From an uncultured Candidatus Saccharibacteria bacterium (lineage in GTDB: Bacteria; Patescibacteriota; Doudnabacteria; UBA920; 2-01-FULL-46-14): a stretch of 64,000 bases of DNA. Below are positions 54,958 through 63,800 of this stretch, piece by piece; position 1 is the stretch's first letter, and each line of letters opens with the position of its first letter. The notes below the pieces were generated by a model. It was not told the DNA's origin. It saw only the letters and a program-made list of their open reading frames with translations, and searched no databases. Where the stretch lies: NCBI GenBank assembly GCA_964396685.1, contig CAYNFS010000001.1, forward strand, positions 16,638 through 80,637. The letters run 5' to 3'. The position numbers were made by a program, and so were the translations under genes.

Positions 54958-56187
54958 TTATGCTTTAACCAATCGCTCGAGAAGCGTTCCCATTTTTTGA
55001 GCGATAATCTCCCAGTCGTATTTTTCTTCCACGAGTTTTCGGCCGTTCTGGCCGAGCTTTTCCCGCAACTGCCCGTCTTCCAGGAGCAGTTTTATTTTTT
55101 CGGCTAAATCTTTGGGGTCATCGGCTTTGACGAACAAGCCGTTAGGATTTGACCCACTCTCACTCTCCCCCTCCGCCCCGTTGGCGAGGAGGAGAAAAGG
55201 AGAAAGAAACTCCGGAATTCCCCCGACCGGAGTGCCAATCACCGGCAATCCCGCGGCCATGGCTTCCAGAAACGAGCTTCCCAAGCCCTCGGAGCGCGAA
55301 GGGCGGACAAAAATGTCGGCTTGGCTTAAGTAATCGGGGATCTTCTCCGACTCGACATTTCCGACAAATTCTACCATGTCTTCCACGTTTAAATCTTTTG
55401 CAAGCTGTTTAAGTTTAACTTCTTCAGGCCCGCTTCCCACAATCAACAACTTGACGTCATTGCGAGGAGTCTGCGACGAAGCAATCTCATGATTTTGGGA
55501 TTGCTTCCTCCTCGACAAGCTCGGGGTCGCAATGACAGCCATTGCGTGAATCAAAATATCAATCCCGTTCTTCGGCACCAGCCGGGAGGTTGTGATTATT
55601 TTAATAATTCTGCCCCCTCTCAATCTCCCCCGTGATAAGGGGGAGAAAACAGAGAAGGTGACTCCATTCGGCACAACTTCAATCGGACGAGTCGCTCCTT
55701 CCGCTTTTGCCCAATCGGCAAGATATTGGCTGATTGCCTGAATGCAGTCCGCTCGCCTGAAAATTTTCTGCCACTGCTTCTTAAAGCCTCTGACCCTGCG
55801 ATGAATGTGGACAATCTCGTCTCCTTCCTGCAATGTCAGCAAAAACTTTACTTGAGGAAACCTGCGCAGATACATCAAAGCCGCGGCTCCCGCGTAAGCC
55901 GCCATAACCCCCCAGACAATTTGATATGGACGCTCCTGATGAAATTTTTTAGCAAGCCTAAATGCCAAAACCGGATACAAATACCTCCCCAAGCGACTGC
56001 CGAATCCTACGCGATAGACATTGACGTTGCCTATCCGCTCGAAAGATTTGTGCTTGCGGCTGAAACGGCAGGTGACCAAATCAAAATCAAAGGACGGCAA
56101 ACGATCGGTAATGTTCCTGACCGCGAGTTCTGCGCCTCCGATCAAGGGCTCGTAAGCAATGCTGAAAATCAAGATACGGGGTTTCAT
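54958..56187 (-). CDS. glycosyltransferase family 4 (contains in-frame palindromic elements B2 and A3, plus a possible degenerate third copy)
   Basis: SFLEAMAAGLPVIGT. Insert peptides VIATPSLSRRKQSQNHEIASSQTPRND and FSPLSRGRLRGGR. Confidence 0.85.
   Translation of the reverse strand: MKPRILIFSIAYEPLIGGAELAVRNITDRLPSFDFDLVTCRFSRKHKSFERIGNVNVYRVGFGSRLGRYLYPVLAFRLAKKFHQERPYQIVWGVMAAYAGAAALMYLRRFPQVKFLLTLQEGDEIVHIHRRVRGFKKQWQKIFRRADCIQAISQYLADWAKAEGATRPIEVVPNGVTFSVFSPLSRGRLRGGRIIKIITTSRLVPKNGIDILIHAMAVIATPSLSRRKQSQNHEIASSQTPRNDVKLLIVGSGPEEVKLKQLAKDLNVEDMVEFVGNVESEKIPDYLSQADIFVRPSRSEGLGSSFLEAMAAGLPVIGTPVGGIPEFLSPFLLLANGAEGESESGSNPNGLFVKADDPKDLAEKIKLLLEDGQLREKLGQNGRKLVEEKYDWEIIAQKMGTLLERLVKA
55456..55536. 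repeat. palindromic element family B, copy B2
   Basis: gtcattgcgaggagtctgcgacgaagcaatc...gattgcttcctcctcg...gtcgcaatgac. Confidence 0.8.
55613..55658. repeat. palindromic element family A, copy A3 (divergent arms)
   Basis: ccccctctcaatctccccc-gtgataa-gggggagaaaacagagaagg. Confidence 0.65.
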
Positions 56188-57095
56188 GAAAGTCCATACA
56201 GTTTTTTAAGTTCCGCAATTCCTTTTTCCAAAGAGTTCTTCGGCTGCCAGCCTAAAAGTTTTCCGGCTTTTGTGTTGTCGGCCAAAGTTACGCGGGTTTC
56301 AGCCGGTCTGGGCGGAATATGCGCGCTTTCTCCGCCGATAATTTTCGCCACCTCATTAATACTGTAATTTTTCCCGGTACCGATATTAAAAATTTCACCG
56401 CCAAGAACTTCCTTTTGCCAAGCCAAAATATTCGCCTCCACTACATCTGAAACGTAAGTAAAATCGCGCTGCTGCTCTCCATCACCGACGATTGGCAGAG
56501 GTTCTCGATTTTTAAATCTATCTAAAAAAATGCCTATGACCGTGGCATAAGGCCCATCGGCTTCCGTAGTTTGCCTCGGCCCATAAACATTGAAGTAGCG
56601 CAAAACCACAGTCGGAAATTTGTAAAGCTCGGAAAAAAGCCGACAGTACATCTCCCCGACCAGCTTTTGCAATCCATAGGGGCTTTTCGGGCGCGGCGTC
56701 ATATCTTCGGTCAGCGGCAACCGATTCTGGTCTCCATACACCGAAGACGACGCGGAGTACACAAGCTTCTTCACCCCTGCTTTGTAAGCGGCCCATAAAA
56801 CGTTCAGAGTCCCGGTGATATTTGACTTGTTCCAAGGCAAAGGATTGGCAATGGACGGCTGGATGCGGGCCTGGGCCGCCAAGTGAAACACGCATTCCAC
56901 GCCTGCAAAATGCGGAGCGATTTTTTCGTAATCGGCAATGTCACATTCTACAAATTTTGCCCGGGGATTTAGATTTTTTTTCTTGCCGGTGGAAAGATTA
57001 TCCAAAACCACAACTTCATGGCCGTCCGCTATGAGCCTGTCCGCCAAATGTGAACCGATGAATCCAGCACCACCTGTGACTAAAAGCTTGGTCAT
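56184..57095 (-). CDS. NAD-dependent epimerase/dehydratase (extended SDR; UDP-sugar 4-epimerase or UDP-glucuronate decarboxylase-like)
   Basis: LLVTGGAGFIGSHL and YGLQK. Confidence 0.85.
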   Translation of the reverse strand: MTKLLVTGGAGFIGSHLADRLIADGHEVVVLDNLSTGKKKNLNPRAKFVECDIADYEKIAPHFAGVECVFHLAAQARIQPSIANPLPWNKSNITGTLNVLWAAYKAGVKKLVYSASSSVYGDQNRLPLTEDMTPRPKSPYGLQKLVGEMYCRLFSELYKFPTVVLRYFNVYGPRQTTEADGPYATVIGIFLDRFKNREPLPIVGDGEQQRDFTYVSDVVEANILAWQKEVLGGEIFNIGTGKNYSINEVAKIIGGESAHIPPRPAETRVTLADNTKAGKLLGWQPKNSLEKGIAELKKLYGLS

Positions 57096-57883
57096 TTTTT
57101 TGCTTTAAGGCGTTCGTTAATCTTGTCCACTTGCTCGAGGAGCCGTAAATCTAAGCCAAGTTTTTGGCCAAGCCAAACTAGGCTTTTGAGATCTTTTGGC
57201 AGGCATTTGCCGTCGTACCCTCGATAGCCTGCGTGCAAGACGTCAAAGTGCGCGTTGTCATTTCTGATTCTCGAATCAGCCGCCAATCCCTCTCGCACCG
57301 TATGATAATCAATCTCAAGCTTTTCGCAAAGATCATAAATATTGTTGGCAAAAATCACTTTGAAAGCGTAATAAGAATTGATGGCATATTTCGCCATCTC
57401 GGCAATGCTTGCCGGCGCAATTTTTTGATAAGGGGCGGATGGCAGAATCTTCAAAACCTGGTCCGCCAAATCCTTGGTTTTTGTGGTATATCCTACAAGC
57501 TGTTTGTCGGGATGCGCAAAATCCTCAATTGCGGTCTTTTCCGTCAAAAATTCGGGGTTGAAGATAAAATTAGCTTGAGAGTACTTTGCTTGATAATTAT
57601 CAGTCGTCCCAGGCACCACCGTGGATTTAATAATAATAATCTGTTTGTCAGGATTAACCAGGTGCGAAACTGTTTTGGCAACGGCATCGTCCATCTCCGT
57701 TAAATCCTGACCGTTGTTGTGCGGAGTCGGAACTGCTACAAAAATCAAATCACTCGCTGCCACTTCTTCGATGGGATCGGAATCCTTGTATTTATCGTAA
57801 ACCTTCACTTTCCCATAATAAGCGGCTATGGCCTTGCCGACTGCTCCGCCGCCAACGATTCCGACTGAAAATTTATTGGTCAT
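57092..57883 (-). CDS. short UDP-glucose/GDP-mannose dehydrogenase-family protein (NAD-binding domain plus catalytic-Cys region, no C-terminal UDP-binding domain)
   Basis: VGIVGGGAVG, VAVPTP, IIIKSTVVPGTT, NPEFLTEKTA, DGKCLPKD. Confidence 0.6.
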   Translation of the reverse strand: MTNKFSVGIVGGGAVGKAIAAYYGKVKVYDKYKDSDPIEEVAASDLIFVAVPTPHNNGQDLTEMDDAVAKTVSHLVNPDKQIIIIKSTVVPGTTDNYQAKYSQANFIFNPEFLTEKTAIEDFAHPDKQLVGYTTKTKDLADQVLKILPSAPYQKIAPASIAEMAKYAINSYYAFKVIFANNIYDLCEKLEIDYHTVREGLAADSRIRNDNAHFDVLHAGYRGYDGKCLPKDLKSLVWLGQKLGLDLRLLEQVDKINERLKAKK

Positions 57884-58712
57884 ACTTTCCTTGGTTTAGG
57901 CGAAGATTCACTTCTTTAGCTTTTTCAAACAAAGACATATCCACGCCCAGTGCTTTCCCTTCGGCAATCACACTTTTGATGTCCTTTGGGAAACATTTCC
58001 CGCCATAGCCACGGTATGCTTCATGACGATTTTGATTAAGGCTTGCCTCGGTATGCCAGATTTCCCAATGGCTTTCTCCCACGCGCTTGTCGGCCACCAC
58101 CGCCTCTTTGACCAGTTCATAATCAATTCCTAGAGCTTGGCAAATGTCATAAATTTGATTTGCAAAAATCACGCGCAGGGCCAAAAAAGTGTTAGACGCG
58201 TATTTAATCATCTCCGCAACGGTGGCTGGGACAATTTTCCGGTAAGGCGCTTCCGGCAAAATTTCCAAAAGTTCAGAAATCAAAGGATTATCTTTGGTTT
58301 TGCTTGTAAACCCCGCGATTTGTCTGTCGTTTTTGAGAAAATCATCGTTCGCGGTTTTGTCGCGTAAAAATTCCGGGTTGAAAGCAAAGTTAATCAAGGG
58401 ATATTTTTGCTGATACTTTTCAGTGGTTCCCGGAAGCGCCGTTGATTTGATCACGACTAACTGATTGGCCGAATCAACAAGATGAGTTACCACGTTCTCG
58501 ACCGCCTCGTCCAAAATAGACAAATCAAAACCGCCATTGTATGGGGTAGGTACGCAAATAAAAATAAACCGAGCTTGGGCTACTTCCTCGATTGGGTCAG
58601 AATCTTTATATTTGTCGTAAACCTTGGCGGAGTTAAAAAAATTTTTAACCGCGCTCCCGACTACCCCGCCGCCGATGATTCCAACTAAATGTCCACTCAT
58701 GTTATAATCCAT
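57873..58712 (-). CDS. short UDP-glucose/GDP-mannose dehydrogenase-family protein, tandem paralog
   Basis: VGIIGGGVVG, ICVPTP, VVIKSTALPGTT, NPEFLRDKTA, GGKCFPKD. Confidence 0.6.
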   Translation of the reverse strand: MDYNMSGHLVGIIGGGVVGSAVKNFFNSAKVYDKYKDSDPIEEVAQARFIFICVPTPYNGGFDLSILDEAVENVVTHLVDSANQLVVIKSTALPGTTEKYQQKYPLINFAFNPEFLRDKTANDDFLKNDRQIAGFTSKTKDNPLISELLEILPEAPYRKIVPATVAEMIKYASNTFLALRVIFANQIYDICQALGIDYELVKEAVVADKRVGESHWEIWHTEASLNQNRHEAYRGYGGKCFPKDIKSVIAEGKALGVDMSLFEKAKEVNLRLNQGKYDQ

Positions 58713-58726
58713 TATGTCTTAAAAAT

Positions 58727-59929
58727 ATGGAAAAGTCAATCTGTTTTGTGGTAACCCAGGGAGAATTAGGCGGCGCCCAGCGCTACGTTTTTGATCTGGC
58801 TGCAAGTCTTGCGGGCTCTTATCGAGTTTTGGTCGTGGTCGGAGCCGAAAAGTCAGAATTGCAGCAAAAACTGCAAGAAGCAAACGTTGAAGTGAAAATG
58901 GCTAACAATCTTGTGCGAAAAATTCATCCGATCAAAGACCTTCGCGCAATTTTTGAATTAAGAAAGGTTTTTCGGGAAATAAAGCCGGATATCGTGCATC
59001 TAAACAGCAGCAAGGCGGGAGTTATGGGAAGCATTTCGGCCAGGCTTGCCGGTATCAAAAATGTGATTTTTACGGCGCACGGATTTGCCTTTTTGGAGCC
59101 GCATTCCTGGATAATCAGACAAATTTATTTTTGGGCCGAAAAAATTGCCAGTCTTTTTCGCCGCAAAATCATCTGCGTTTCGGAGTTTGACCGGCAGGAA
59201 GCGATCAAATGGGGCCTTTGCCAGCCGGAAAAACTGGTAACTATTCATAACGGGATTGAACCCTTCAACGTCATTGCGACCCCGAGCTTGGCGAGGGGGA
59301 AGCAATCTCATGAGATCGCCACGGGCTTACGTCCTCGCGATGACAGAAATACGGTAATTGGAACGATAGCCAACCTCTACAAAACCAAAGGCTTGGAATA
59401 TCTGATAGAGGCCGCCCATATACTAAATACTAAATACCAAATACTAAATACTAAATTTCTCGTCATTGGCGAAGGGCAGGAAAGAGGGAATCTGGAATCA
59501 CAAATCAGGAATAATGGTTTACAAGACAAATTCATTTTGCTTGGGGCAAAACCGGATGCCGCGCAATATCTGCCGCAATTTGACATTTTTGTTTTGCCGT
59601 CAATCAAAGAAGGTTTCCCTTATACCATTCTGGAAGCAATGAGTGCGGGGTTGCCAATCGTGGCAACGGCGGTGGGAGGTATTCCGGAAATGCTAACCCC
59701 CTCTCTTTCTCCCCCTATTTCGCAGAGCGAAACAGGGGGAGATGAAGTGGGGGTTCTCGTTCCTCCCAAAGACCCGCAAGCGCAGGCAGAAGCAATCCGG
59801 TTTCTGGTCAACAATCCCGGAATAGCAAAAAAACTCGGACAAAATGCCCAAGCCAAAGTCAAAGAATTCACCGCAGAAAAGATGATAAACAAAACGATCG
59901 GAATTTATGAGTCATTGCGAGGAGTGTAA
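58727..59929 (+). CDS. glycosyltransferase family 4 (contains in-frame elements B3 and A4 and an in-frame (atactaa)5 repeat; element B4 overlaps its stop)
   Basis: FPYTILEAMSAGLPIVATAVGGIPE. TATAAT-like hexamer at 58704-58709 about 18 nt upstream of the ATG. Confidence 0.85.
   Translation: MEKSICFVVTQGELGGAQRYVFDLAASLAGSYRVLVVVGAEKSELQQKLQEANVEVKMANNLVRKIHPIKDLRAIFELRKVFREIKPDIVHLNSSKAGVMGSISARLAGIKNVIFTAHGFAFLEPHSWIIRQIYFWAEKIASLFRRKIICVSEFDRQEAIKWGLCQPEKLVTIHNGIEPFNVIATPSLARGKQSHEIATGLRPRDDRNTVIGTIANLYKTKGLEYLIEAAHILNTKYQILNTKFLVIGEGQERGNLESQIRNNGLQDKFILLGAKPDAAQYLPQFDIFVLPSIKEGFPYTILEAMSAGLPIVATAVGGIPEMLTPSLSPPISQSETGGDEVGVLVPPKDPQAQAEAIRFLVNNPGIAKKLGQNAQAKVKEFTAEKMINKTIGIYESLRGV
59270..59344. 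repeat. palindromic element family B, copy B3 (variant termini gtcattgcga...tcgcgatgac)
   Basis: 75 nt, in frame. Encodes VIATPSLARGKQSHEIATGLRPRDD. Confidence 0.7.
59420..59454. repeat. heptanucleotide tandem repeat (atactaa)x5, with one ataccaa variant, inside the GT4 CDS (encodes ILNTKYQILNTKF)
   Basis: Read directly from the sequence. Confidence 0.9.
59697..59753. repeat. palindromic element family A, copy A4
   Basis: Arms identical to A1. The spacer is itself palindromic (tttcgcagagcgaaa). Confidence 0.8.
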
Positions 59930-59991
59930 CGACGAAGCAATCTCACAGGCTTTAGGATTGCTTCGTCCGCCTCTGGCGGACTCGCAATGAC
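59911..59991. repeat. palindromic element family B, copy B4, spanning the GT4 stop codon and the convergent intergenic region; possible bidirectional terminator
   Basis: gtcattgcgaggagtgtaacgacgaagcaatc...gattgcttcgtc...ctcgcaatgac. Contains the TAA at 59927-59929. Confidence 0.8.
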
Positions 59992-60001
59992 GCGTATCTA
60001 A

Positions 60002-60691
60002 TTAGGTCTTTAGTTTCTCCAACTCTCTTCTCACAGCCTCATTAGTTGGATTGAGTTCCAGGTGTTTCTGGTAGTATTCTATCGCTTTTTCTTTATTGCC
60101 GATTTGCTGATAAAAACTTCCGGTCAAAGAATAGAGATCGGCGGCTTCGGGATTGTTTTTGATTGAGTCCAAAAGCAAAGCCTCGGCCTTGCCGTTGTCT
60201 TTGAGCGCGTAAAAATACAGCTCAAACAAATTGCGAATGGTCGGAATGTCGTCCGGATCGTTAGCTATGGAAATCAGATAATTTTTTTCGGCCTTGTCAT
60301 ACTCTTGAAGCTCAAAGTGGTAAAGAGCGGCAAGATTTGAGAAAGACAAGGAGTTTTGGGGCCGAATGATATTGGCATATTCCCAGGCGTCAATCGCACC
60401 CTCGTAATCTCCCAGATACTGCTTGAGGATGGCGACATCGTTTATACCCTGAAGCGTGTCAAAATTGGCATTGATTACCGCTTCCCGGGCTGTTTTCAGC
60501 TGCTCCAGATATTTATCTCTCTGCTCTTCAGTCAAATCGGTCTTTGTGATTTTTGCTTCCGCGATAATGCTGGCCTTGAGAGCTTCCAGATCAGCATCTT
60601 GAGGCACGGTTTTGCTAAACTCGCGGTACGTAAAAAAACCGGCAGCGGCTACCAATATCAACGCGATTGCGATTTTGACAGTTTTGCCCAT
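60002..60691 (-). CDS. TPR-repeat protein with N-terminal signal/TM segment
   Basis: MGKTVKIAIALILVAAAGFF, then TPR-like repeats (AIEYYQKHLELNP). Confidence 0.6.
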   Translation of the reverse strand: MGKTVKIAIALILVAAAGFFTYREFSKTVPQDADLEALKASIIAEAKITKTDLTEEQRDKYLEQLKTAREAVINANFDTLQGINDVAILKQYLGDYEGAIDAWEYANIIRPQNSLSFSNLAALYHFELQEYDKAEKNYLISIANDPDDIPTIRNLFELYFYALKDNGKAEALLLDSIKNNPEAADLYSLTGSFYQQIGNKEKAIEYYQKHLELNPTNEAVRRELEKLKT

Positions 60692-60713
60692 AGAAAAATA
60701 ATAGCAAAAACTT

Positions 60714-60758
60714 GAACCAAAAACAACCCCGCCCTTTTTGCGAAAAGGGCGGGGTGTT
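60714..60758 (-). terminator. rho-independent terminator (stem ccccgcccttttt/aaaagggcgggg followed on the minus-strand transcript by UUGUUUUUGGUU)
   Basis: Perfect 12-bp GC-rich stem and U-run, read directly from the sequence. Lies downstream of the large surface-protein gene. Confidence 0.6.
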
Positions 60759-60817
60759 TCTCCTCTGCTTCCTTTTTTGAATCAGGAAGCAGTCATAACC
60801 AAGTTTTTATTACCTGA

Positions 60818-63800
60818 TTATTTGGTGAGAGTCTCAGCAGTGGAAGTCACCGGCAGACCTGACACCCGGTACCCGTTGAACCACTCGGCCGTATTGGTCG
60901 CAGTGGAGGAACTGTTGCCGTAGTGCAGATCCGACCAGACAAACTTGCCCTGCTCTTGGTCGGCAATACCAGTGCTGGGGTTGTTGCCGGTCGCCGTGCT
61001 TGCACTTCTGGGATCAGTGTTGGTTCCGCTGAACGCACTGTCGCCGCGGAACACAACTGACACTGACGAACCAGTAACAGCGCTGGCCACGGTCCCGCGA
61101 AGCTCGAAGGTCTTGGACTGGCCCGCCGAGATGAAGCGGAATTCTCCACCATTGCCGACACCGTCAGTGCCGGTATCAAACAATAGGTTGACGCTGTACT
61201 GACCGCCCTTGCCGTCAGAAGAGGTTACAAGCACTGTGCTCACGTCTCTCGCGGCATTGTTGGTCAAGTTCTTCTCGCTTGAGGTATTCGGCTCTTCGAT
61301 AAGCTCGAAGTTGGTTACAGTCGCCGTGGTAGTGGTGATCGCAAAGCTTGCCTTGTAGAAGCCGAGGTCACCCTTGGCATCAGCCGTGACTTTGAACTTG
61401 AACAGCGACACACCGCTGGAGTTGACCAAGGTATTGCTGGAAAGCGCCAGTTTTTGCCAGGTCGGCACGCTCTTGTAGATAGTGTACTCCTGTCCGGTGA
61501 AGGTGCCTGACTTGTTGCCGGCAGCTAGGTTCGTGCCGGAAGAAACACCTTTTGCACTGTATTTATCCTCGGCAACCGAGAAGGATACTCCGTCCCCGGA
61601 ATCACCCACATTGCCGTCACCCTGGTTGTTGGTGACAGCTTGAGTGTCAACCTTCAAGGTCAGCTTTTTGCTGGTGCCCTTCGTGATGACGAATTTCCCG
61701 TCAAGGTTCATAAAGGACACTGCAGAAGTGGTGGTCGGCGCAACGGACGCAATTTGGGTTGAGCCGTCAAAGAGGTAGGCCATCGAAAATTCATCATTGA
61801 TATTCCCGCCATTTACCTGTGTGCGACTAAAGTGAATCTCCGTAAGATCTACGTTCTCATTGTTGGCCGATAACAGTAATTCTCCCACTGTCACTTTGCT
61901 TGCCCCGCCAGTTATCAAGGCACCCTGGCTCGGGTTGGACGCGTCTGTTGCGACCGTCATTGAACCAGAGTCCGCGATGGTCATGGTCTGACCCTCGCTC
62001 ACAGCCACGGTTTCGGTAACCGTGTTGCCTGTCGTGGCACCTACCGCCGTCACGAGATCCGAGTTGCTTATGCCGAAGGTGTGATCGTCACCTGCAACGC
62101 CCGAAACCAGATCGCCTTTCAAGGTGAGGGTTTTGGACGCGCCTTTAGCAATTACAATCGGACTCGTAAGCGAGAAGGTTGAGGTGGCCGCTAAACCTGC
62201 GACATTGGTTGGCTGGACTATCGGCAGAAGAGCGGTTGTGCCGTCAAATAGCTGAAGGTTTGCAACCTGCGACTGCTCGTTGTTGCCATCAGTCCTGTGC
62301 ACCACCGCAAGCTGTGTTAGGCGAACGTCTTCGCCGGAGTTGGCGGCGTCAAAGATGAAGTTCGCAAACACGAAATCTGTTGCTCCGACGATTACGGATT
62401 GAGCCGCCGGCGTGACAGACGTTGAAACGCTCAATGCTGCGGTTTTCACGGTTACCGTGTCAAGCGACAGATCGCTTGTCGGATTGGCCGTGATGGTCTG
62501 ATTGGTTACTTCGCCTTTGGCGGTAACCAGACCGTCTGGGTCGGACAGTCTCAACGTAATCGTGTCGTTTGCCGAATAACTCGAATTCAAAGTTCCGTAG
62601 ACCGTGTAAGTGTGAGTCCCCACCGGGAAGACAATGGTGTCGGTCGAAGTTGCGCTTCCCAAGGTGGTCAGGCCTGACGCCACGGCCGGATCAAACGGAC
62701 CGGCAACTGCGACGCCGCTTTCATCCTTCACTGTCAAGTCGCTCAAGTTAGCAATCGCGGCAGTAGAAGTAACGCCGATAATCAACTGGGTCACGCGAAT
62801 CGCTTCACCCTGAACCGTGGACTTGAACGCGCCCAAAGCTTGTGCGCTTGCGCCTTCCGCCACATTGAGGGATGACAATACTCCTTTCGAGTAGGTTATG
62901 GAACCGTTCCCAATCGTCGTGTCGGCGGGGTTGTAGAACGGACTCGTAGTGACTGCCACAGCAGCGCTGGTCTGGTAGGTCGGCACTACGTAGAAACCGT
63001 AAGTTTGACCCTTTACAACCACATCGGCCTTTTTGTCAATGTCCAAGCTGATAGCGCGGGCTGATCCGTCGACGATGTCCAAGCGCAAATCCAGATTCTT
63101 GGTTTGACCTTTGTCAACTACCAAGGGACTTGCGAGAACAAACTGGGCTTTCTTCGCGCTTGGCGAAGCGACACTGGTCAGCGCGGAGCCGTCCACCATT
63201 AACTCCAAGTCTTTCACATCAGTGTCTCCGGCACTGCCGTTCTGGGTGAACGTGATGCTGGAGAGTTCAACTTTTTCTACGGAGTTGTTGATGATCTGAA
63301 GTGAAGAGACAATGTAATCAACGGTACCGACGTTTTGCGTCGTGGCCGAAGGAGTAGCGCTGGCTTTGACCGTGACCGCGGCAATCGTGACCGAGTTGTT
63401 CATGGTCATGGCATTACCCGCAATTGGCAAAGTGCCAGACTTAGTAGCAGAGCCCGCTACCACCAGATCAATCAATTCTAGCTTGGCTTGCTCTGCGGCC
63501 TGCAGGGTGCCGGCCATGTTGGCCGCAATCATGACACTCTTGGTCGTGCCGCTTTTGACGACCATATCGTCGCCAAACGAGGCTTTGTGTGTGGAACTCA
63601 AGGATTTCTCATTGCCGATCTGGGTTGCTTGACCGACTGAAATACCTCCGGAAACATCAAGCAAGATGATATCCGTGAAGTTGGAGTCGGACGAAACCCC
63701 GGTTCGCTCCACAGTGAGGGAATCAATCGTGACGTCCCCGCCTGTGGCAGTGAAGTTGACTTTGGTAAAGCCGACGCGAGCCGCATTTTTGACAACTGTT

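Noticed and set aside
47762-59991. CRISPR array interpretation of the recurring palindromic repeats
   Set aside because: The repeats are irregularly spaced (80-2000 bp), belong to two unrelated families, lie inside ORFs, and there is no cas gene. They do not form a repeat-spacer array.
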